From a virus (lineage: Duplodnaviria; Caudoviricetes), in the IMG/VR virus record IMGVR_UViG_3300037127_000005, positions 1-40,929 of that record: 40,929 nucleotides of DNA; one strand, given 5' to 3'. Shown here piece after piece: positions 1 to 8,166 of the stretch; position 1 is the stretch's first letter; each line of letters starts with the position of its first letter. The position numbers were made by a program, and so were the translations under genes. The notes below the pieces were generated by a model. It saw nothing but the letters and a program-made list of their open reading frames with translations. It searched no databases and had not been told where the DNA came from.

Positions 1-127
1 CAGTGAAGGTTTTGGCGGTGATGAGTCACAAATCAAACATATCGCCGGTACGTTATCTGGATACGTAACAAAAGGCAAAATCGAAGTAAAAATAAGAACA
101 TTGATTGACAGCATAAAAAAAGCAAAA
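1..127. repeat. Terminal direct repeat (copy 1), probable assembly circularisation overlap
   Basis: 1-127 is identical to 40803-40929. The 127-nt length matches a common assembler k-mer, and the repeat lies inside a continuous ORF. Confidence 0.93.
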
Positions 128-262
128 CCCTTTAAAAGCCAAACAAAAATAACAACTCACTTCAACGATAAATTGATGCCCGTTTTGCAAAATAGAAACA
201 TTTGTTGGTACAGCGATAAAAATGACGGATTTATAAAGATTAACCCTAAAATGGCAGAGTGA
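1..262 (+). CDS. C-terminal part of DUF3987/YfjI-like replication NTPase (continues from 39538 across the junction)
   Basis: The frame from position 2 reads SEGFGGDESQIKHIAG...FIKINPKMAE and stops at TGA 260-262. It is in frame with the ORF starting at 39538. Confidence 0.85.
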   Translation, partial: SEGFGGDESQIKHIAGTLSGYVTKGKIEVKIRTLIDSIKKAKPFKSQTKITTHFNDKLMPVLQNRNICWYSDKNDGFIKINPKMAE

Positions 263-264
263 TT

Positions 265-1023
265 ATGATTGATATTGAGCATTTAAAGTCGCGAGTAAGT
301 ATCGTTGATATTGTGGAAAACTTTGTTTCATTAAAGAGGCATGGCAAAGACTATTTTGGGTGCTGCCCGTTTCATAATGAAAAAACCCCAAGCTTTACAG
401 TTAATGAAAGCGAACAGTTCTATCATTGTTTTGGCTGCGGTGAAAGCGGTGATGTAGTTAAGTTTTTACAGGATATAAACGGCTGGGATTTCAAACAGGC
501 TGCAAAATATCTTGGTGCGGATATACAAGAAACAGAGTTAACTACTGGCTCACCTGTAAAAGCAAGGCCAAAATCTGCAAGGCTACCACTTAACCAGGCA
601 GCTTTTTCTGTTGATGATATAACCGAATTTTTACGCAAGTGCGAGGTGAAAATATGGCAAGGTGAACGCGTTTATTTTAATGGAGCCAGCCAGATAGTGA
701 TATTGACAGACGTTAATGCAACACCAGTATCCCTCGTACAGTTGCGAGGCACTTGCTACAAACCTTTACCATACAAAAAGAAATTCCTTTACGGTAGCTG
801 CGCCATATTTGGGCAGGTAGACGGTGATATTTACCTGTGCGAAAACTGGTACACAGCAAATAGACTGCATAGGGTTGATGGTAAAAACGCAATATGCTTT
901 TTCATGCCGCACAATATTAATTTTATTTACAGCGCGATCAAGCACAAGAAAGTAAATATGTATGCCGTTTGTGAAACTGATGAGGCAAAGTTTCAAGCGG
1001 AAAGATTAATTGTTGAAATGTAA
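265..1023 (+). CDS. DNA primase-like protein (CHC2 zinc-binding domain plus degenerate TOPRIM-like C-terminus)
   Basis: N-terminal DnaG-type CPFHNEKTPSF...YHCFGCGESGDV motif. ATG at 265 lies just after the upstream stop. IYLCE resembles a TOPRIM strand. Confidence 0.85.
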   Translation: MIDIEHLKSRVSIVDIVENFVSLKRHGKDYFGCCPFHNEKTPSFTVNESEQFYHCFGCGESGDVVKFLQDINGWDFKQAAKYLGADIQETELTTGSPVKARPKSARLPLNQAAFSVDDITEFLRKCEVKIWQGERVYFNGASQIVILTDVNATPVSLVQLRGTCYKPLPYKKKFLYGSCAIFGQVDGDIYLCENWYTANRLHRVDGKNAICFFMPHNINFIYSAIKHKKVNMYAVCETDEAKFQAERLIVEM

Positions 1024-1060
1024 CGGTACTGTGTTACAATTATTAATAAGTGAGGATATT

Positions 1061-1201
1061 ATGATTGCTGAGGTTAAGTGTGAAAAATGCGGAAAAAAAT
1101 TCTACGGAACAGCAAGAGCTAAATACTGCTCTGGAAAATGCAGAGTTGCCAGTCACAGAGAAAAGGTGCAGCAAGTGCAAGGTGATGAAAAAAGCAAGTA
1201 G
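1061..1201 (+). CDS. Small Cys-rich zinc-finger protein (46 aa)
   Basis: GAGGA RBS before ATG 1061. Reads [33 protein letters not shown], with two Cys pairs. Confidence 0.6.
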   Translation: MIAEVKCEKCGKKFYGTARAKYCSGKCRVASHREKVQQVQGDEKSK

Positions 1202-1958
1202 CTTTACAAAACTCTCAAAAAGCAAAACAGGATTAAGATCAGAGTGCAAAACATGCAGAAAAAAAGAAAGATCTAGAGCTCCTAAATATATAAAAACACC
1301 TCCAATTGGGTTTCTTATATGCAAAAAATGCAACGCAACAAAGTTAAAGTTACATTTTAGGTCTGAAAAAAGAAATAAATCCGGATATGCAGGAACGTGT
1401 TTTGATTGCGAAAAAGAATCAAAGCAATTGATAGTAAAAAGAAACAGGGAAAATAGGCAAAAAAATGTAATTAGTAAGAAATGCTGTAATTGTAAAGCCG
1501 TTTTAAGTGCAAATTGTTTTGCTAAAAATAAATCAAACTTAGATTGGCTTGCAAGCAGGTGTAAAAAATGCGATGCAAATTACAAAAAAAATTACTACAA
1601 AAATCCAGATGTAAAAGAAAAGGAGGCAAAAAATAAAAAAGTATACTACGAAAAGAACAAACCAAGACTTTCAGAGTACAGAAAAGAATACATGAAAAGG
1701 CCGAAGGTTAAGAGTCGGGTTAGGGCTTATTCAAAAGCTTTTAGTAGACGATTAAGAGTTTGCTGTCCTAAGTGGCAAAGTAGAGCTGAAATAACTGAAT
1801 TTTACAAAAAAGCAAAGAAAACAGGGCTGGAGGTAGATCATATAATACCGATAAGAAGTGATTTAGCTTGCGGCCTTCATTGCATTGATAACTTCCAATT
1901 ACTGACAAGAAGCGAAAACGCTTCAAAAGGAAATAGGTATTGGCCGGACATGCCATAG
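1065..1958 (+). CDS. HNH homing endonuclease with tandem CxxC zinc-finger repeats (true start uncertain)
   Basis: C-terminal EVDHIIPI...[25 protein letters not shown] motif. Three CxxC...CxxC repeats; Lys-rich, AT-rich sequence. Confidence 0.85.
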   Translation: MLRLSVKNAEKNSTEQQELNTALENAELPVTEKRCSKCKVMKKASSFTKLSKSKTGLRSECKTCRKKERSRAPKYIKTPPIGFLICKKCNATKLKLHFRSEKRNKSGYAGTCFDCEKESKQLIVKRNRENRQKNVISKKCCNCKAVLSANCFAKNKSNLDWLASRCKKCDANYKKNYYKNPDVKEKEAKNKKVYYEKNKPRLSEYRKEYMKRPKVKSRVRAYSKAFSRRLRVCCPKWQSRAEITEFYKKAKKTGLEVDHIIPIRSDLACGLHCIDNFQLLTRSENASKGNRYWPDMP

Positions 1959-1970
1959 GAGATTTAAATT

Positions 1971-3773
1971 ATGTATAAATTAAGAGACTACCAGCAAAAA
2001 GTTCATGATTCTACAATTGAACATATGAGGGAAACTTACAAGTCAGGTAAGTTTGAACCAGCTTTTGCCAATGTAACTGTAGGTGGCGGTAAAACCGTAT
2101 TAATAGCATTTGCAGCTAAACAGATCATGACTAGAGATGGCAATAGCGTTTTGGTTTTAGCTAGACAAGGGGAGTTGATATCACAGAACGCTGATGATGC
2201 AAGAGCGATAGGTTTAAAATTATCCGTATTTAGTGCAAGCTTAAATCAAAAATCAACTTACTACCCTATTATTTTTGGCACGGAGGGGACGGTAGGTAGG
2301 GCGTTAAATAACGAGTTTAAGGACCGTACATTTACGGCCATATTAATTGATGAATGCCATCATGTTGACTGGCAAAGTTGTATTAGCGACTCTGATGATG
2401 ACACTCAGTACAGCAAAATCATTAAGCACTTTCAATCAAACGCTAAAAGACTAGGTAAAAAGCCACCTTTGATAATTGGCTACACCGGCTCACCTTACCG
2501 TGGCAGCGAATCAATTTACGGAAAGTTCTGGCGCAAACAATTGTCAGACGTTTCAACTTATGAATTGATCAGTAAAGGATTCCTTGTGCCTCCTGTGTTT
2601 GGTTTTGGTTCTGATGACCTTCATTATGATGCGCTTGATAAATACCAAATTAAAGAAGGTGAAGGAGCGCAAGACTTTACAGCAAAAGAGCTGGCTGCAA
2701 TGGGTCGAGAAATATGCAAGGAGCAGACAAAGACTCAGCAAATAATGCAAGAGGTCATGCATAGAACTAAAGATCGTGACGGCGGTGTCATGATAACTTG
2801 CGCTAGCAAAAAACACTGCGAACAAGTTGCTGAATGTTTACCTGATGGAACGTGGGGTATTGTCACAGACAGCACTAGCACCAAAAAGCGTATGGAAATA
2901 ATAAAAGGTATAAAAGAAAATAAGATCAAATACATAATACAAATAGGCTGTTTGACTACGGGTTTTAATGCACCTACCTTGTCAACCAGCGTAATACTGA
3001 GAAACATTGGAAGCTTAACGCTAATGATACAGCTCATAGGTCGCGTATTAAGGATATTGAAACCTGAGCATATAGAGCAAGGAATAATTAAGGATGACGC
3101 GTTAATTCTTGATTATTCATCGAGTCTAGAAGCCATGGGAAACATCTACGAAGATCCAATTTTACAACAAGCAATGGAGCAAAAAGGAAAGGCACCAAAA
3201 GGTGAAACGCAAGAATGTCCACTGTGCGCAACAATGAATAGTGAGTATGCTGTGCGTTGTGTTGGACAGTCACAAAATAGTGAGGATGGACGTTGTGAAC
3301 ATTACTTTATGTTTAACGAGTGTTTAAATTGTGGAACGCATAACGCACCTAGTGCAAAAACGTGCCGCAAGTGTGACGCTGTAATGATTGACCCTAACGC
3401 CAACCTAAAAAACAAGGCTTACACTGATGCTGATTACAAAAAGGTAAAGTATATGTCAATCACCCAGGCAAACAATGGTGGTTTGTGGGTTAGTTACAGC
3501 CTTGATAGCACTTACATGCACAATGGAATTGAAATACCTGAAATTGCAAAGGAGTATTTTAACCCGTTCTCTGCAAAGCAATGGGAAAAATCAACCTGGC
3601 GCAAGTTTGTGAAAGAGCATGTTGAATCAGACACTTGGCAACGTGGAATTTTGGCAGCGAAAAATTTTGCAGAGTTAAAGCAAAATGAAATGGTGTTTAA
3701 GCAGCCAACCTATATTGCACACCGTAAGAACGATAAAGGTTTCAGCATAATCAACCGCAAAAAGTTTGATTGA
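1971..3773 (+). CDS. Superfamily 2 DExH helicase (RadD/YejH-like) with C-terminal zinc ribbons
   Basis: LRDYQ Q-motif, VGGGKT Walker A, IDECH, TGSPYR, LTTGFNAP and QLIGRVLR motifs; C-terminal CxxC pairs; AGGAG RBS. Confidence 0.92.
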   Translation: MYKLRDYQQKVHDSTIEHMRETYKSGKFEPAFANVTVGGGKTVLIAFAAKQIMTRDGNSVLVLARQGELISQNADDARAIGLKLSVFSASLNQKSTYYPIIFGTEGTVGRALNNEFKDRTFTAILIDECHHVDWQSCISDSDDDTQYSKIIKHFQSNAKRLGKKPPLIIGYTGSPYRGSESIYGKFWRKQLSDVSTYELISKGFLVPPVFGFGSDDLHYDALDKYQIKEGEGAQDFTAKELAAMGREICKEQTKTQQIMQEVMHRTKDRDGGVMITCASKKHCEQVAECLPDGTWGIVTDSTSTKKRMEIIKGIKENKIKYIIQIGCLTTGFNAPTLSTSVILRNIGSLTLMIQLIGRVLRILKPEHIEQGIIKDDALILDYSSSLEAMGNIYEDPILQQAMEQKGKAPKGETQECPLCATMNSEYAVRCVGQSQNSEDGRCEHYFMFNECLNCGTHNAPSAKTCRKCDAVMIDPNANLKNKAYTDADYKKVKYMSITQANNGGLWVSYSLDSTYMHNGIEIPEIAKEYFNPFSAKQWEKSTWRKFVKEHVESDTWQRGILAAKNFAELKQNEMVFKQPTYIAHRKNDKGFSIINRKKFD

Positions 3774-3776
3774 GTT

Positions 3777-3816
3777 AAAAATAACACTTGATAATGTGGT
3801 TTATATGTAATACATT
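3777..3816 (+). promoter_or_regulatory. sigma70-like promoter
   Basis: AAAAATAA-CAC-TTGATA (3788)-17 nt-TACATT (3811-3816). Confidence 0.7.
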
Positions 3817-3845
3817 ATATTTAAACCACAGCAATGGAGAGAAAC

Positions 3846-4706
3846 ATGAAAACAGGTTTATTTATTGATATTCCACAAGATGAATACAGAAAAATTGACG
3901 CGCTCGCTAATAGTGACGCGGTAATGATTGAGCGCAACCCAGGCGATTACATCTGGTCACGTAAAGCGCCCATCAATCACTCAAAAGTGCAAACTAAAGA
4001 CTTTGGCACCGCGTTACATTGCGCACTACTCGAGCCAGAGCAATATGACGATTTGGTTTTTGTTAGTAGCGTTAAAGGTCGCAACACAAAATCATTTGAA
4101 CAGGAGGTTATCGACAACCCTGACAATATCGTTTTGACAGCCGATGAAGCGGAGCAAATCAAGGTTATGGTTGGTAGTGTTAACGCTCACCCTACTGCAT
4201 CGCATTTACTATCACAGCAAGGCCAATCTGAATGTAGCGTAATTGCAAACGACTCGGAGCGCAACGTACTTCTAAAGTGTCGTCCGGATAAGAACTTGAT
4301 TGAGTCACTAGGGGTTTGCCTTGACGTTAAAACAACCGGCTCAATCGATGATTGGCGCAGTGACAAAGAGTGGATTAACCCGCTATACAAATTTGATTAC
4401 GGCCACCAAGCAGCGTTTTATTTGCACACACTAAGCCTTCACTATGGCTTTGAAGTCACCCGATTTGTATTTGTTGCAGTGTCATCATCTATCTCACTTG
4501 GTCGTTATCCGGTGGCTGTTTTTGAAGTCACAAAAGACCAGTTAATTGCCTGGGGTTTTTGGCAGCGTATGCTTGCTAATATCGAGCGCTTTAAACAGTG
4601 TCGCGATAACAACGACTGGTTACACAGTGAGTCATTTCACTTTTACAGTGATGACGAGTATACCGATGATGTTGAAGTGGTTTTTGAAGGTGAAGAACAA
4701 TGCTAG
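3846..4706 (+). CDS. RecE/exonuclease VIII-like PD-(D/E)xK exonuclease (DUF3799-like)
   Basis: FGTALHCALLEP, KCRPD, DVKT and YGHQAAFY motifs. The GGAG RBS favours ATG 3846. Confidence 0.88.
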   Translation: MKTGLFIDIPQDEYRKIDALANSDAVMIERNPGDYIWSRKAPINHSKVQTKDFGTALHCALLEPEQYDDLVFVSSVKGRNTKSFEQEVIDNPDNIVLTADEAEQIKVMVGSVNAHPTASHLLSQQGQSECSVIANDSERNVLLKCRPDKNLIESLGVCLDVKTTGSIDDWRSDKEWINPLYKFDYGHQAAFYLHTLSLHYGFEVTRFVFVAVSSSISLGRYPVAVFEVTKDQLIAWGFWQRMLANIERFKQCRDNNDWLHSESFHFYSDDEYTDDVEVVFEGEEQC

Positions 4707-5110
4707 ACGTATCACATACAATCAAAACTAAGTCCGATCAACTAAATGTTGACGATCTGGTTGGCGGTGACTTAATGATACAGGTTGAAGGTGTTAATGT
4801 TACAAACGACCCTAAACAGCCTGTTCAAGTTTATTACTATGGCTGCGGAGGCAAGCCATTCAAGCCATGCCTAACAGTACGAAAAATACTTGTTGCGCTA
4901 TGGGGTAAAGATGCAAATCAGTGGGCTGGCAGGTGGATGAATTTGTATGTTGATCCAACTGTTGATTTTGGTAAGCAAAAAAACATAGGTGGCATTCGAG
5001 TAAATGCAGTGTCACATATTCAAAGCGCTGCAACAATATCATTAACTGTTCGCAGAGGTGTAAAGCAGCAATTTATAATTCAACCAATTAAATTAGAAGG
5101 AAACCAATAA
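4700..5110 (+). CDS. Conserved phage protein, putative ssDNA-binding/annealing partner of the exonuclease
   Basis: Translationally coupled between the exonuclease and SSB genes. Has KSDQLNVDDL...PFKPC...GGIRV motifs; function inferred from position. Confidence 0.5.
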   Translation: MLDVSHTIKTKSDQLNVDDLVGGDLMIQVEGVNVTNDPKQPVQVYYYGCGGKPFKPCLTVRKILVALWGKDANQWAGRWMNLYVDPTVDFGKQKNIGGIRVNAVSHIQSAATISLTVRRGVKQQFIIQPIKLEGNQ

Positions 5111-5556
5111 TGAAAAGATTAGTAGCCAAAGTTGGAGAATATCAAAAAGACGGGCAAGACAAAGGTGAGTACCAGCGACTTGGTGTATTAATGCAAGGAA
5201 ACGATGGCGGCGGATACATGCTTTTAGATCCATCAATTAACCTTGCTGGTGTTCTTTTAAAGCAGAACGCTCTTTCGGTTAAGAAAGGCGGCCAGCAACG
5301 AGACACGGTAATGGTTAGCGTTTTTGACGATAACAACCAACAAGGTGGAGGCTATCAAGGCGGTCAGCAGCAAAATAGTTACCAACAAGCACAGCAAGGT
5401 GGAGGTTACGGTGGCCAGCAGCAGGCACCTAATCAATCACAACAGCAGGCGCCGCAGCAAAACAACTACCAGCAAGCACAGCAAGGTGGGTTTAATCAAA
5501 ACCAACAACAAGGTGGTTTTCAAAACCAAAACGGTGGCAATGCCCCACAGCAATAA
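5110..5556 (+). CDS. Single-stranded DNA-binding-like protein with Gln/Gly-rich linker; acidic tail lies out of frame
   Basis: About 75-aa beta-rich N-domain followed by a Q/G/N-rich linker. SSB-type PMEPPIDFDDDIPF is encoded in the +1 frame up to 5617. Confidence 0.75.
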   Translation: MKRLVAKVGEYQKDGQDKGEYQRLGVLMQGNDGGGYMLLDPSINLAGVLLKQNALSVKKGGQQRDTVMVSVFDDNNQQGGGYQGGQQQNSYQQAQQGGGYGGQQQAPNQSQQQAPQQNNYQQAQQGGFNQNQQQGGFQNQNGGNAPQQ

Positions 5557-5633
5557 TGGTGGTCCATCAAACCCGATGGAGCCGCCGATTGATTTTGATG
5601 ATGACATCCCCTTTTAGATATTTCCTTCCAACC

Positions 5634-5662
5634 AAAAGCGCCATTAATTTGGCGCTAATTTT
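5634..5662 (+). terminator. Putative intrinsic terminator
   Basis: AGCGCCA-ttaatt-TGGCGCT hairpin followed by aatttt. Confidence 0.55.
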
Positions 5663-5673
5663 ATAGGTGATTT

Positions 5674-6150
5674 ATGAGTAAAGTAATTATTGGTTGCGAT
5701 CCAGATAGTAAAATGAGCGGATTCTCGTTTTTTATTGATGGAGAATTAAAGCGCTTAGAGTGCATGAACTTGGTTCAGTTTTACAACTATTTACTTGACG
5801 ATAACCTACCAACAATAACATTTAAAAATGTCGAATTACACATTGAAAACTTAAACGGTATCAGCTCAAACGCATTCAGCATAAACCGAAAAGACCCTTT
5901 ACCAGTTAAGCTTAAAAAGGCTGAGCATGTTGGTAAGTGCAAGCAAGTGCAAATTGAAATTGAGCGTATTGCAGAGCGATTTGATATTAAGGTGGTGCGC
6001 CATGGTGTTAGTAAAATGTGGAAGGATTCAAAAACCGGCAAAGCAGCACTTGCTGATTTAGGTTGGCACGGTCAGAGTAATGAAGATAGTCGCAGTGCAA
6101 CTTATTTCGGCTATTTAGGTGTTAAGCAATCAAACAAAAATAAACCTTGA
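5674..6150 (+). CDS. RuvC-like Holliday junction resolvase
   Basis: N-terminal IIGCDP, central HIE and C-terminal SNEDSRSA acidic residues, typical of the RNase H fold of phage RuvC. Confidence 0.7.
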   Translation: MSKVIIGCDPDSKMSGFSFFIDGELKRLECMNLVQFYNYLLDDNLPTITFKNVELHIENLNGISSNAFSINRKDPLPVKLKKAEHVGKCKQVQIEIERIAERFDIKVVRHGVSKMWKDSKTGKAALADLGWHGQSNEDSRSATYFGYLGVKQSNKNKP

Positions 6151-6175
6151 TTAATTAAAAATAATACATTACATT
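6136..6175 (+). promoter_or_regulatory. sigma70-like promoter
   Basis: AAAAATAA-ACC-TTGATT (6147)-17 nt-TACATT (6170-6175). Confidence 0.7.
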
Positions 6176-6205
6176 TATTGTCATAGTTAAACAAAGGAGA
6201 TAACG

Positions 6206-6439
6206 ATGAAATTTACACCAGAACAAGACCAAGAGCTTGAGCGCCTATGTAAACTAGGCATTGGCAATAAACGTGCAGCTATAATTATCGGCACAAACGA
6301 GTACCAGATTGTAAAACGTATTCGCGAGTTAGGACTAAAAAAAGACAGTACGTTGAATTTCAACCCGCCAAAGCGGTTTAGCTTGAAAGGAATGGCAACT
6401 TGCCAGAATGTGATATTTACAAAGGATATGGCGATATGA
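6206..6439 (+). CDS. Small HTH-like DNA-binding protein
   Basis: FTPEQDQELERL...AAIIIG...QIVKRIRELGL pattern (Myb/GcrA-like HTH); AGGAG RBS. Confidence 0.6.
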   Translation: MKFTPEQDQELERLCKLGIGNKRAAIIIGTNEYQIVKRIRELGLKKDSTLNFNPPKRFSLKGMATCQNVIFTKDMAI

Positions 6440-6900
6440 GTAAGCGGAAAAGGGCAAAGAAATACAACCCCATGAAAGATGCTTTGTTAGCTGCTAGGCG
6501 TGGACTTAAAGACTTGGCAATCTGGCATAGCGAGCTAGACCGCGACAATGATTACACCGCGGAGCTTATCAACTACAAGCAAGCAAGAAGTATAACGGTT
6601 GGCCAGTCAATGGCTCATGTGTTAACCAAGGTGCGCCACAAATGGAATGTGCATTTACTGGCTATCGGTATCGAATCCAATGGCAAGAGCCGCTTTGAAG
6701 TCGATGAAGTGCCAATTACTGAGCCGCTATTGCAAGCCGACCTTGTTGAGTATCTTGATTGGCGCCACAAAGAATTTGCAAAAGAGTTTGAGCAGCGGAA
6801 CAAACTTACTAACGTTGCTTGGTTGGCAGTGCCAAACGGCGAGCAAATAACTAATGAGCAGATTGATGAAATATTAACTAAGTTTAAGGGGTGGGGATGA
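6436..6900 (+). CDS. Hypothetical phage protein
   Basis: ATGA overlap with the upstream stop; reads MSKRKRAKKYNPMK... Confidence 0.75.
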   Translation: MSKRKRAKKYNPMKDALLAARRGLKDLAIWHSELDRDNDYTAELINYKQARSITVGQSMAHVLTKVRHKWNVHLLAIGIESNGKSRFEVDEVPITEPLLQADLVEYLDWRHKEFAKEFEQRNKLTNVAWLAVPNGEQITNEQIDEILTKFKGWG

Positions 6901-7058
6901 AAGACGCATACGAGCAAGGCTTTTACGCCTGTGCCAGCGATGACAGTAAAAGAGATAACCCGTATTCGCCAGTGATACACTCAGTCAAGTACTACGCTTG
7001 GCTGGCTGGATGGAATGACTACGATATGGGCTATGATTTAGATTTAAGTGTATTTTAA
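6897..7058 (+). CDS. Ribosome modulation factor (RMF)-like protein, 53 aa (absent from the ORF track)
   Basis: Reads MKDAYEQGFYACASDDSKRDNPYSPVIHSVKYYAWLAGWNDYDMGYDLDLSVF. Matches the RMF pattern AxxxGYxA...CPY...WLxGW; ATGA overlap upstream. Confidence 0.65.
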   Translation: MKDAYEQGFYACASDDSKRDNPYSPVIHSVKYYAWLAGWNDYDMGYDLDLSVF

Positions 7059-7059
7059 T

Positions 7060-7224
7060 ATGAAATCAGTACTTTTTAACTTATTGCCTTATTTGGCTTC
7101 TAATTTAAGTGATGTTTACAACCCTAAATATCACAATGTAAGAAACAGCAAAGGCAGAAAACGCACAACTACGGCAGCGCATCAAAAGCGCGATAAAATT
7201 AAACGCAAAAATAAAGGTAAGTAA
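7060..7224 (+). CDS. Small basic hypothetical protein, 54 aa
   Basis: MKSVLFNLLPY...KRKNKGK fills the gap between coupled genes. Confidence 0.55.
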   Translation: MKSVLFNLLPYLASNLSDVYNPKYHNVRNSKGRKRTTTAAHQKRDKIKRKNKGK

Positions 7225-7225
7225 A

Positions 7226-7609
7226 ATGGCAGAACATAAAACTAGAGACAGTGCGGGCGCAGACGTTGAAGCGGCTGAAACGGTAACGATATTACCTGGC
7301 AGTTACGAGCTAATTAAAACAGGTGAGTTTGTGCCGGAAAACATGCCAAGCGGTCACTATCTCGAGCTAACACCTCGCTCAAGCATTTGCTTAAAACGCT
7401 GGCTTGATATGCCAAATAGCGTAGGGGTGATTGATCTAGACTACCCTGATGAGATTTTATTGCCACTACGCAACCTTGGTGATAAACCTGTCACTATTAA
7501 TAAAGGTGAGCGCATCGGTCAATTAATTTGCAAGCCTTACGTGCAAATTTACCCTGTACTTGATAACGAAAGAACAGGTGGTTTTGGGAGCACCAACAAT
7601 GAAAGATAA
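7226..7609 (+). CDS. dut: Trimeric dUTPase
   Basis: All five motifs present: AGADV, PRSS, GVIDLDY, ERIGQLI, RTGGFGST. Confidence 0.93.
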   Translation: MAEHKTRDSAGADVEAAETVTILPGSYELIKTGEFVPENMPSGHYLELTPRSSICLKRWLDMPNSVGVIDLDYPDEILLPLRNLGDKPVTINKGERIGQLICKPYVQIYPVLDNERTGGFGSTNNER

Positions 7610-7736
7610 AACCTACTACAAAAAGAAAGCCAAACAGCACTACAGAGCGTACCTAGCCGCTGTTGATATGGGTGATACGGTTGCCATGAAATACCATGAG
7701 CAAGAATACTTAACTTACAAAAAGGCAAGTGAATGA
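7599..7736 (+). CDS. Hypothetical protein, 45 aa
   Basis: MKDKTYYKKKAKQHYRAY...; GGGAG RBS; tiles with its neighbours. Confidence 0.55.
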   Translation: MKDKTYYKKKAKQHYRAYLAAVDMGDTVAMKYHEQEYLTYKKASE

Positions 7737-7885
7737 TGAAATGCAATGATTTAATAAACCGAGCACAGTCGGATTTAAACGACCTTGGACAGGTGCCACC
7801 TAAGATTGCGCAGGAGCTAATTGATGCGCTGATTGCTGTTACTGGTGAGCGGGTTTTTGTTTGTAATGAAAAGGAAGAAGAATGA
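7733..7885 (+). CDS. Hypothetical protein, 50 aa
   Basis: MMKCNDLINRAQ...EKEEE, with ATGA overlaps at both ends. Confidence 0.6.
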   Translation: MMKCNDLINRAQSDLNDLGQVPPKIAQELIDALIAVTGERVFVCNEKEEE

Positions 7886-8109
7886 TTTTTATATATATCT
7901 ACATCGCTGTTGGTGTTGGGTTTTCAATTGCCGCATGGCTTGAGGCTAAAAGCAAGGATAAAAACTCTAAGTTTTTTACCATTCTTGATTCTGCCACAGC
8001 TATTATATTCACCATGTTTTGGCCTATTATAGCAATTGATTGCTATATCAACGACGTGGCAAAAAATAACAGTGAAGATGGTTGTGACATGAAAACCCCT
8101 CCTAAATAG
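7882..8109 (+). CDS. Small membrane protein
   Basis: Two hydrophobic segments (IFIYIYIAVGVGFSIAAW; ATAIIFTMFWPIIAI). Confidence 0.65.
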   Translation: MIFIYIYIAVGVGFSIAAWLEAKSKDKNSKFFTILDSATAIIFTMFWPIIAIDCYINDVAKNNSEDGCDMKTPPK

Positions 8110-8126
8110 CCCCACCCAAACCACTA

Positions 8127-8166
8127 TGCTACAATAAAGCCATACTTTTAAACGTGTGGCTTTTTT
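8127..8166 (+). promoter_or_regulatory. Extended -10 promoter overlapping an intrinsic terminator directly before the portal ATG
   Basis: TGCTACAAT (8127-8135), hairpin AAAGCCATAC/GTGTGGCTTT, T6, then ATG 8167. Confidence 0.65.

Noticed and set aside
1-127. Biological terminal repeat or attachment site
   Set aside because: The exact 127-nt length and position inside a continuous ORF point to an assembler overlap.
5340-5530. Regulatory tandem repeat (CAAGCACAGCAAGGTGG twice)
   Set aside because: It is explained by the coding Q/G-rich linker (YQQAQQGG twice).
5324-5617. Independent 97-aa gene
   Set aside because: It has no RBS, and most of it is the shifted reading of the Gln-rich linker. 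Only the last ~21 codons look meaningful (the SSB tail).
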